From Felis catus (Eukaryota): a stretch of DNA of 64,000 bases. Both the position numbers and the translations under genes were made by a program. Under the pieces are notes generated by a model. It made no database searches, was not told where the DNA came from, and worked only from the letters and a program-made list of their open reading frames with translations. The stretch is from assembly GCF_018350175.1 (NCBI RefSeq), contig NC_058380.1, positions 57,412,001-57,476,000 of the forward strand. Direction: 5' to 3'. Below are positions 1-20,190 of the stretch, piece after piece (position 1 is the first letter of the stretch; the number at the start of each line of letters is the position of its first letter).

Positions 1-766
1 AAGGAGTATTTTACCTACTGAAGGGCAACAGGAGGTCAAGGGAGGCTTTGAGCACAGAAGGGACATAACCAGAACTGGATTTTGGAAAATAACTCTAGCA
101 GTTACCTTGGAGATTGGTCAGAAAGACACCGTATTAGCACAAGTGAGAGGCGTTGTCAGTAGTTAGAATGGTAGAGAGGAGGATGTTGGTCAATTGTAGT
201 TTTAAGAGGACCCAATGACAATCTGTCCTGTCAACCTTCAGGGACCAGAGCCCGAAGTTACACTGGGGTCCCATAGCTTCTATCACCAGTAGCCTTTCAG
301 TGACTGGGGTGGCTTGAGTTTGGGTAAGGAGTTGGGAAGGGAAGAAGGAAAGGGTTGGTCGATCTAGGTATATGAAGATGAGGCTCTGGGGCACAGGGGA
401 TGGGGAGGTGGTTAGCACCAGGCATGGGCAGAAAGGATGAGGTTAGTGACTGTATTGGACTAGAAATGGGGAATACAAGGTGTAGAGAAAGGCTGGGGAA
501 GCTGGTGATAGGAAAAATACATATATGACCAGTCACTGGATCCGGCTAGGGGAAGGGGAAAAATGATTGTAAGTCAGGGAATGAAAGAATGAGGTCAGAG
601 GCCAGAGCAAGAAACAGGAGGCTGAGAAGAGGTGGGGCTGTGGTCAGTGGCTAAATAAGGCTGAGATGGGGGGAGAGCAAAGGGACACCAGCAATGTCTA
701 AGCAAAGCTGGGGTTAGTAGGGGGTGGGGTGGGTATAGGGCACAGCCAGTGGCTGGGTCACGCTGG

Positions 767-906
767 NNNNNNNNNNNNNNNNNNNNNNNNNNNNNNNNNN
801 NNNNNNNNNNNNNNNNNNNNNNNNNNNNNNNNNNNNNNNNNNNNNNNNNNNNNNNNNNNNNNNNNNNNNNNNNNNNNNNNNNNNNNNNNNNNNNNNNNNN
901 NNNNNN
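767..906. other. Assembly gap (140 N)
   Basis: Run of N. Confidence 1.
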
Positions 907-1499
907 GGGGAAGGGGATCTACAACTGGACCAAGAAATTAAGGAGGCTTAGAACCAGGGGTTGGCACATAGCAGGGCCTGGGAGTACTGGATAGTTATAT
1001 TGGGCTGGGGGTGGGGTATTAGATGACCACGAGGTATGCAGGTAGGTGAGTGAGTGAAAATGTGGAAGAGTGTTTTAAGAGGATGGGAAAGCTCAGATTT
1101 GGGAAAGGGAAAAATATGGTAGGATGTGAAGATTCAGGGGTAGGAAGGGAGGCAGAATGGCAGCTGGGAACCGGTGGTAAGATGAACAACATGGGAAAAT
1201 TACCGGTGAGGGGAGAATTCTGTATGCAGGATTGTGCTTGCAGAAAGGGGGTACGCAGGGAGGTGTGAACTGCAGGGCCAGGGAGGAGAGCTGGAGAGAG
1301 GACTTAATAACTAGAGAATGAGGGATCTGGGAGGCAGTGGGGCTGAACTGTCAGAGGATTCAGTCATCTCTTTCTTCCATGGCAGCAGTGTGTCCTTGGT
1401 GGGCTGCCCCTTAATCATAGCCCCTCCTCCCTAAGCAGTCCTCCTCTTATGACTAGGCCTTGTACATCTCCTGTGTCCCAGTCCCTTTCCCAACTCCTA

Positions 1500-2350
1500 C
1501 CTTGTAAACAACATAGTCCAGAAACCCCTGCCCCTCAACTGTGGTGACCACATCAAGAGCCTTGGGTTTAGAGAACAGAATAAAGAAGCTAGAATCTCAG
1601 ATGCCTGAAATTCTAGCAGAAGCCCAGAACCCTAACCTGAAATTAGTCTGTCATATCTCTGGGCTAAAGGACCTCTGCAACCATGCAGGAATGAGACTTC
1701 CCCGCAAAACAAGAGTGCCTACGTACTGCCAATCTCTTAAATTTTATCTATCTGAGGTCAACTACCCTGACCTCAACCATAACTCCCCTAAAACTAATCC
1801 TAATTCCTAACATTAACCCTGACCTTAATTTGTTTCCTGTTCCCAATACTGGCTTTGACATTCATCCCTTTCCTAGCAGACACCCATATCCAATCATTGA
1901 TCCCTAACATTGATCTAATTTTTACCACTAGCACCAAATTCCCTGACTTTAACCCTAAATGTTGATCCCTAAGCCTAAAACTCCTTTGTCACTTGATTCC
2001 TGACCCATCCCCTTCGCTATTTACCCCGGTACTGTCCTAATGTTTTCTAACCTCTAAAACTAGATTCCTAATTTAATTCCTGTGCTGACCCTTAACCTGG
2101 CCCTGAACCCTAACTTTGACTTAGGTTCGCTAGAAAACAAAAATAATGACCTAATCCAAACTTTACGTACATAAAACGGACCTGACTCAGGCCAGTAACT
2201 CTAAATTTTAACTCCACCATTATATCTCCTAAAGCCAACCTTGATTCCTAAACCCAACTCCACCTAATCCCAAACTCACCAGAAGCTCCCTCCCTACCCC
2301 TATACCCGCTATCAGCTAACCTCAAAGCCGATCCCCGCCCTGCGCCTCAC
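1500..2350. repeat. Degenerate (CCCTAA/CCTAAC)-like hexamer-rich low-complexity tract
   Basis: Recurrent aaccct, ccctaa, cctaat, ccctga words. Confidence 0.55.
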
Positions 2351-2429
2351 TGCCACCCCACTCGTCACCCTCCCCAAAACTTTCCCCAGACAGAGGACTG
2401 ATCCCAGGAAGGGCCTGGCACCCTTAACG

Positions 2430-3400
2430 GCCTACTTAACTCCGATCCCAGGCCGAGATACACTGGACGATGACCACTCCAACAGTACCCGAAACAGGAG
2501 ACGCAGGAGAAGTCAAAGGCCCCGCCCGCCCTCCCGCCCGCTCGCTTCCCGGGCCTGGCCTCGCGACCCCACCCTGAGACTCGGGCTCGGCCCGGTCCGG
2601 CCTACCTGCGCTGCCCGGCTTGTGCCCCGCCCGCCGGCCCGCTAACCCGCTCGTTCTCCGGGTGGCAATCGGGCTCCGGCCTCGCCCTCCCTTCGACACT
2701 CTCGCGGCCACTTCCGTCCCCGAAACGTCCCCCACCCGCGGGCGGCGCCCTGGGCCCGCGCTCTATGGTTGCGGGGACTGCAGGAAGCTGCTCTGGCCCC
2801 AGCTCTCGATGCTCGGGAGCGGGCGAAGAGAGGAGCTTCCTGCCCCTCCCCGGCAGGAAGCAAGGGTGCGGCGCAATCCGGAGAAAACGTCCGACTGCGC
2901 CCGAGTTCCCTTTTAGTCTCTAACCCTTCCTTTTTTCGGCCGGGGGTCAGGGCGGAGCCGGTTCCCCAGAATGCCCGCCCTGAGGGGGGGGGAGGCAGCA
3001 GGGACGTCCCCTCTATTTGCATAGCTCCCGGGACGTGGTGCGCAGCTTCTATGCCATTTCCGCGTCAAAGGAAACTCCAAATCCCGAATGCCTCGGGGGT
3101 ATCACGTCACTTCCGTTGTGTTGGAAGTTGCTGAGAATCGAGTCTTGGGGGCTGGTGTGGTTTGACAGCGACGGGTCCGGAGTTGTGGACAGGTGGAGGG
3201 GTGAGCTTTTGTGTTTTTGTCCATCCTTCCCGTAGATATCCGGTATGGAGCTGGCATTGGACTTGGGTGACCAGGAGCTGCTGGACTTCCTGCTAGAAGA
3301 AAGCGGAGATTTGGGGGCAGAGCAGCCGCTTTCCGAGGTGGGTGGGAGCTGTGAGTCGGGTTGGCGCGGGGCGGGCGGGAGGTTGGGGGGAGGACGTCAA
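2430..3400. promoter_or_regulatory. CpG island; TLN1/CREB3 bidirectional promoter
   Basis: High GC and CpG content. ZNF143-like sites at 2962-2977 and 3073-3096, octamer ATTTGCAT at 3015-3022, ETS-CRE composite ACGTCACTTCCG at 3104-3115. Confidence 0.9.
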
Positions 3401-6400
3401 TGAGGCAGGAGGTAGTGATAGGTCAAGGCTTGTTCCTTTGAACCCTGTGCAGGCACTGAATGAATGGGAGGTAGAGGATTACCTGATCTCCCTGCTGAGT
3501 CCCCCAACGTCGTTGAACGTTTTCAGCTCCTCTGATTCCTGTCTTGTCCACCATGATCACACCTACTCTCTCCCACAGCAACATGTCTGTATAGATGTAG
3601 GTGAGTCTGAAATAAATGAAGTTTAGGGGGAGGGGAGGATTCGTAGGCTTGGCTTTTTATATTTTCCCTTTTGCAGATGGTGGGAAGTATGGAAAAGAGG
3701 GGGCCCAGACGACTCCACTCCATGTGGAGGAGCCGGCGGAACAGGTACTTGACTTGATTTACCGCGGGATTATGCCCACATTGCACATTCCTTTCTGACA
3801 CCCCCTTGCAACTCTGCTACCCACCTCCTGGTAACCCCAGGAGATTGCTAGGTTGATACTGACAGATGAGGAGAAGAGGCTGTTGGAGAAGGAGGGGCTT
3901 ACTCTGCCTGGGACACTTCCTCTTACAAAGGTAAGACTCCCATTGGTGGAGTGAAGGCTGGAGGTGGGGGTTGTGAGTCCCAAGTAGGCTGGTTCTGTTA
4001 ATTTTGTATCAGGAAGGACTGAGATTAGAAAATTTAGCAAATTTGTTGCTAATAGGAAGCTGGAGCCTGTAGTTAATATGGTGGATGCAGAGCCACATCC
4101 TGGTTTTGTGAGGCTTTCACAAATTTTGGTGTTCTCTTTTTAAAAATTTTTTAAGTTAAAATATTTTTTTAGGGGCGCCTGGGTGGCGCAGTCGGTTAAG
4201 CGTCCGACTTCAGCCAGGTCACGATCTCGTGGTCTGTGAGTTCGAGCCCCGCGTCAGGCTCTGGGCCGATGGCTCAGAGCCTGGAGCCTGTTTCCGATTC
4301 TGTGTCTCCCTCTCTCTCTGCCCCTTCCCCGTTCATGCTCTGTCTCTCTCTGTCCCAAAAATAAATAAACGTTGAAAAAAAAATTAAAAAAAAATATTTT
4401 TTTAACGTTTACCTTTTTGAGAGAGAGACAGGGTATGAGCAGGGAAGGGGCAGAGAGAGAGAGGGAGACACAGAATCTGAAGCAGGCTCCAGGCTCTGAG
4501 CTGTCAGCACAGAACGTGATGCGGGTCTTGAACTCATGAACTGCGAGATCATGACTTTGAAGTCAGACATCCAAATGACTGAGCCACCCAGGTGCCCCTC
4601 TTTTTATTAAAGTTTTTCAAAGTTTATTTTTGAGAGAGAGAGCGCGCGCGCGCGTGCGCGCTTGCTTGCTTGCTTGAGTGTGTGGGGAGGGGCAGAGAGA
4701 GAGAGGGAGACGCAGAATCCCAAGCAGGCTTCTGGCTCCCAGCTGTTAGCACAGAGCCCACAAGATCATGACCTGCGCCATTTAACCAACTGAGCCACCC
4801 AGGCGCCCCCCCCCCCTTTTTTAAAGTTTATTTATTTTGAGAGAGAAAAAACCAGCAGGGGAGGGGCAGAGAAAGGGGGTGACAGAGGATCTGAAGCAGG
4901 CTCTGTGCTGACAGCAGAGAGCCCGACATGGGGCTCTAACTCCTAAACCATGAGATCGTGACCTGAGCCTAAATCAGATGCTTAACTGAGGGAGCCACCC
5001 AGCTGCCCCTTGGTGTTCTCTTTAACAGAGAAGAATTCAAAACCATCAGTGCAACATTAGTATAGGGACCTGGAAAGGACTGTACAAGCAAGGGGCCCTG
5101 ACACTTAGATTTCACTGGCTTCAGGGTCACCCACTGATAGCTGAATGGCAGAATTAAGTTTTAGAATTCATCAAGAATTCCTCAAGGCTGGATGAAGTAG
5201 TGTAGTGAGAATAATTGTAAAATCCCAAGTTTTAAGTTTTAAGTGATGAGGGTCAACTTTATAAGCACAGTACCATAGTACTATTGTGAAATCAACATTC
5301 ATTGATAGAAAGGTTGGGTTTTAATTTCTTAAAAATTTTTTTTTTAATTTATTTTTTTGCGGGGGAGGGGAAGAGAGAAAGGGAGAAAGAAAATCCCAAG
5401 TAGGCTCCATGCTGTCAGTGCAGAGCCCATTTCGGAGCTCTGACTCACAAACTGTGAGATCATGACCTGAGCTGAAAACAAAGGTTGGATGTTTAAGTGA
5501 TGGAGCCACCCAGCTTCCCTGAGAATTTTAATTTCTTAAAAGTACAAGAAGAGTTACCAGTTTGAGATGACTAAGAAAGTGAGTGGGGTTTGAAGGCTCT
5601 ATCAATGGAGGTGTTGCCTCTAGAAGGGCAGTGACCATCTTGCTCTCCTTTATACCCCAGAGCACGTTTTAGTGTCTAGTTTTGAACCTATGTTTGACAC
5701 ATATTAAGAAGATGCAGTCCATCCTGAGGGAAGATGATGAGTTAAATTTTGCCCAGATTTTTTTTTTAACTCTGAAGAAACAGTAAATGCCTTAAACCAG
5801 TTAAAGACTGTTCATTCTCTCTGGTCTCGGAGGTAGATCCTAGGTAAGTCCAGTTGATAGAAACTATAGAGACAGATGTTGGCTTAGTATAAGAAAGATC
5901 TTTTTTTTAATTAATAAAATTGTTAAAAATTGTTTGGCTTGTGAGGGCGTTAACCCTAGGTCTTCAGAGGCATTCAGACAGAAGCCAAGTGCCTATTGGC
6001 CAGGGAAGCTGTAGAAGGGATTCCTGCATTAAAAAGACTGAACTTAGTTGCCTTCCAACTCTTTGGTCCAATGTTCCTCTGATGAGATCTCTTTTCCCTG
6101 TCTTCTCTTAGATGGAGGAACAAATTTTGACACGAGTGCGGAGGAAGATTAGAAACAAAAAGTCTGCTCAAGAGAGCCGCAGGAAGAAGCGGCTGTATAT
6201 GGGAGGCTTAGAAAGCAGGTACAAAAGGGAGAGGGATCCAAGGGGTGGGAACAGAGGTAGTTGGAAGTGTTGGGGTTCAAAGATGGGGGGATACAGTCCA
6301 TGTCCTCATATCCTGTTATTCCCTCAGAGTCTTGAAATATACAGCCCAGAATCTGGAGCTACAGAACAAAGTACAGCTCCTGGAGGAACAGAATTCGTAA

Positions 6401-6878
6401 GCAACTCTCTAACATCAGTTTCTTCTTCCTCCCGTTTTATGCTGTTGTACTCTTTCCCTTGCTCCACACTGGATTTCTCACTGGGCAGCGCCCACATGCA
6501 AGGTCTGGTGCTTGCCCTTAAGTGGATGATTCCAAGCAGCTCATAGTAACAGGGAACAAATTCACAAGTAACTAAGGATAAGTATCCAAAAGGAGAGAGG
6601 AAGGAGTAAGAAAGACCCTGTGGGACAGATCACATTTGATAGTAGGTAAGATTCTGGGGTGGGGGTAGGGAGCATTCTAGGCAGAAAGAACACAGCATAG
6701 TTCAGTCTGGCTGGAACCTTAACATAGGGAAGTTGAGCCAGAAGGCAGAGAACATAGAATGCCTGGTGAGGATTATGTGCATAGCTGATCAGGCAGTGTA
6801 GAACCACTGAATGTATCTGCAAAGGAGTTAAGTCTGGGCAGGACGGAAAGGGGCTTATCTTTTGTCCAAAATCAAAAT

Positions 6879-6915
<37 letters not shown>

Positions 6916-7918
6916 GAGAGTGTGAGCCGGGGAGAGGGGCAGAGGGAGAGAATCTTAAGCAGGCTCCATGCTCAGTACGGAGCCTAACGTGGGACTTGAT
7001 CCCACAACCTTGGCATCATGACCTGAGCCGAAACCAAGAGCTGGACACCCAAACGAGCCACCTAGGTGCCCCAGAAAGGTGTTTAATGAGGAATTTCAGG
7101 CATTTTGTCCACAGAGAGGAAGAGGTCATTTGCAAAATAGGACAAAAAGGGACAATTTGGTGCAGATGGAGGAGTGGACTTAACAAGGTTTCATTGTATC
7201 TCAGGGTGCCCAGCCAGGGGCTGCTCATGGTCTCCCCCCACCCGCCCCCCTTCTAGGTCCCTTCTGGACCAGCTGAGGAGACTCCAGGCCATGGTGATTC
7301 AGATATCCAACAAAACCAGCAGCAGCAGCACCTGTGTCTTGGTGAGGATGGTGACGGCAGGAGAGATTCTTTTCTCAGGCAGCAGCCATAGGGGTACAAC
7401 CTAGAGCTCTTCTTCATTTTCTTTTTCCTGTTCTCCAGGTCCTACTTTTTTCCTTCTGTCTCCTCGTCCTACCTGCTATGTACTCCTCTGACACAAGGGG
7501 GAGCCTGCCAGCTGAGCATGGAGGTGAGAGGCTTGAGGATGCCATTAAAGAAGGGCTGGGGGAAAGCCTGGCCTGCCCTTTTAGAGTCTTTGTTTCCTTA
7601 GTGTTGTCCCGCCAGCTTCGTGCCCTCTCCAGCGAGGACCCTCACCAGCTGGAGCTGCCTGCCCAGCAGTCAGAGGTACCAAAGGACAGCTCAGACCAGG
7701 AGCTCCAGGCTCTCGGCAACTCTTGCTGTCTGCTGAGACAGATGCCTCAGGCTCCTGGTGCCGAGCCTGCCTTGACATTGCCACTTCCTGTCCCCTCCCC
7801 AAAGTCCCCCTGCTCAGGTCCAGTCCTTCCCCTGCCCGCAAACTTCACAAGAGAAGGGGGATGGCTCCCTACTCACAGCCCCACATCTGTTATCTTACAG
7901 GGCAGATATTCAGGCTAG
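3245..7918 (+). CDS. CREB3: Cyclic AMP-responsive element-binding protein 3 (Luman/LZIP), ER membrane-bound bZIP factor, 353 aa
   Basis: Exons 3245-3337, 3453-3600, 3677-3744, 3841-3930, 6112-6218, 6328-6396, 7257-7341, 7439-7523, 7602-7918; all introns GT-AG; total 1062 nt in frame. Motifs: MELALDLGDQELLDFLLEE start, HCF-binding DHTY (3555-3566), basic region [19 protein letters not shown], leucine zipper, TM segment CVLVLLFSFCLLVLP, S1P site RQLR (7610-7621). Confidence 0.97.
4172..4395 (+). mobile_element. Young felid SINEC_Fc (Can-SINE)
   Basis: GGGGCGCCTGGGTGGCGCAGTCGGTTAAGCGTCCGAC head, (CT)n linker, AATAAA and poly(A) tail. Confidence 0.95.
4400..5009 (-). mobile_element. Three tandem antisense Can-SINEs (about 4400-4598, 4600-4808, 4817-5009)
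   Basis: Each ends in ...GAGCCACCCAG(G)xGCCCC on the + strand, with a T-rich tail upstream. Confidence 0.9.
5335..5520 (-). mobile_element. Can-SINE
   Basis: Reverse-complement SINE head and poly(T). Confidence 0.85.
6883..7071 (-). mobile_element. Can-SINE with long poly(T) tail (CREB3 intron 6)
   Basis: T30 run followed by antisense SINE body. Confidence 0.85.
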
Positions 7919-8078
7919 ATGTGAGGATATGGGGGGGGGGGGGGATGCTAAGCCAGAGCCCAGAGTTCCTAGTCTGTGTCCAAATGAAAGGAATGGGAGA
8001 GGGCTAGCCTGAGCCCCCATGTCCTGTCAGGAAGCCTGGGAGTTCAAACACATCACACTTCACTGGCTTTCTGGGTCT

Positions 8079-8084
8079 TTTATT
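8079..8084 (-). terminator. GBA2 poly(A) signal AATAAA
   Basis: TTTATT on +, about 290 nt past the GBA2 stop. Confidence 0.75.
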
Positions 8085-8181
8085 TGTACGCATGTATGTC
8101 TGCCACCCCATGAATGGGCCTGGGGGAGTCAACTAACCTCCTCAATCATTTCATGCAGTGAGGGGATTGGGTGAGGGAAGA

Positions 8182-8187
8182 AATAAA
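8182..8187 (+). terminator. CREB3 poly(A) signal AATAAA
   Basis: First AATAAA after the CREB3 stop at 7918. Confidence 0.8.
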
Positions 8188-8373
8188 TAAGTGATTCTGA
8201 CTCCTGGGTCACCCTCAACCCCTCTTTACTGGCGCGATTGGGTAGGGAGAAGGGTAGGGGCATGATTGTCTTGGTGGCTCAGGGCTGCAGGAGATTGGTG
8301 GGGTGAGGGGTGAAGAGGAAAGGCCAGGCTGGAGGCTGGGCTGTTAGAGCCTCTCTCCGACAGTTCAGAGAGC

Positions 8374-19110
<10,737 letters not shown>

Positions 19111-19189
19111 GTTCTCAGGATCCTGGGTCCCCACGGCCTCGATGGTCCCGGGTCCCAAGTCTTTGGGTACAAAGTATCTCTCTAGGCAA

Positions 19190-20130
19190 GTCCAGATGCG
19201 GGCGGCGGTGGTTGTTAGGTGTCGTCTCGGAGGGCCAGGCGCTGGGGAAAGCCGAGGTGAGCTAGTGTTTCCGTGGAGCCTGGGAGCTGTTGCTGCAGCG
19301 GCGTTGGCGGCGACAGCAATAAAGCCGCCTCGGGCTCCCCCTCGGTCTTCTCTCTGGGTCCTGGGAGGGAAGGATCGGGTCTCGTCGTCATTGGGCCGCG
19401 GTGATTAGTTTGCCCAGCCAAAGGGCGACTGAGCCCGCGGAAAGGGGAGGAGCCCCGGGGGCCAGCCCGCAAGGAACCGCCCCCGGGACCGGCCTGGGAG
19501 CTTGCGGCCGCCTGAGCCCCGTCTCCGGGCCGTGGCGCCAGGCCCCACCCCGCCCTGGGTAGGGCGCCGGGTCCCGCCGGTTGGCGTCTGGGACAGCGCC
19601 TGCGCCCGGGTGCCAGCCTGTGGGAAGGTGACCCAAGGCGGCGGGACAACCCGAGCCCCTTCCGGTCCGATCAGCCGGGCGTTTCCGGTCGGAAGGCGCT
19701 CGGTGGGGAAGGGGGGGCTGAAGGGAAGTCCCGCCTCTGCCGCGGACGCCGCCACGCACTTGGCCCGGTCGTGGAAAGGCGGGCAGGTGAGGGCCTCGGT
19801 GTGCCGAAACCGGGTATTCGACCGTGTGAGGTGCCCGGGCTAAGGGCACGAGGTGACGGGCGGTTGTGGCGTTGGGCTGGGACCTGGAGCCTGGAGGGAG
19901 GTTGGGGAGGCTGGTTTGGGGGTTCCGGGAGGTAGGGGGACTAACTCGGTACTGAGAGGGGCGGGGGCCTGGAACCCAGAGAGACGTCCTCCCCCTACTG
20001 GGTCAGCTGCCACCCGTACTTGCCATCCACTTTCCCGCACCCCAAAGCCAGGCGCTTCCCTTAGACACCGTGCTGGTGGCCGCTGGTCTCCTCTGTCCTG
20101 GCCCCAAGGTTCTCCGCCGAAGCCCCTCCC
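19190..20130. promoter_or_regulatory. CpG island; GBA2/RGP1 bidirectional promoter with RGP1 non-coding exon 1
   Basis: CpG-dense. Tandem ETS sites TTCCGG/CGGAAG at 19660-19695. Candidate RGP1 exon-1 donors after 19786 (CAG|GTGAGG) and 19852 (GAG|GTGACG); acceptor TTTTAG at 20171. Confidence 0.88.
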
Positions 20131-20190
20131 TGCCATGGTACTGACCTCTGACCCCCCTTGTTTCCTTTTAGATCTGATTCCGGAGCTGCC

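Larger units (their letters stand above)
1..2730 (-). other. TLN1: Talin-1 gene 5' end: non-coding exon 1 (about 2730 to 2606) and start of intron 1; no coding sequence in this window
   Basis: The minus strand reads ...GCCGGGCAGCGCAG|GTAGGC with the donor at 2605/2604, which resembles the end of TLN1 exon 1 as I recall it. It lies in a CpG island head-to-head with CREB3, matching the TLN1-CREB3-GBA2-RGP1-MSMP-NPR2 synteny. The TSS is approximate. Confidence 0.8.

Noticed and set aside
4172-4260. tRNA-like A and B boxes (also in other SINE heads)
   Set aside because: tRNA-derived SINE heads followed by (CT)n and poly(A); not tRNA genes.
6112-6546. 144-aa ORF as a standalone bZIP gene
   Set aside because: It is CREB3 exon 5 reading on into intron 5.
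7342-7438. CREB3 intron 7 retention giving a TM-less soluble factor (stop at 7404)
   Set aside because: The stop would be more than 50 nt upstream of the last junction, so NMD is likely; both splice sites are strong and there is no evidence of retention.
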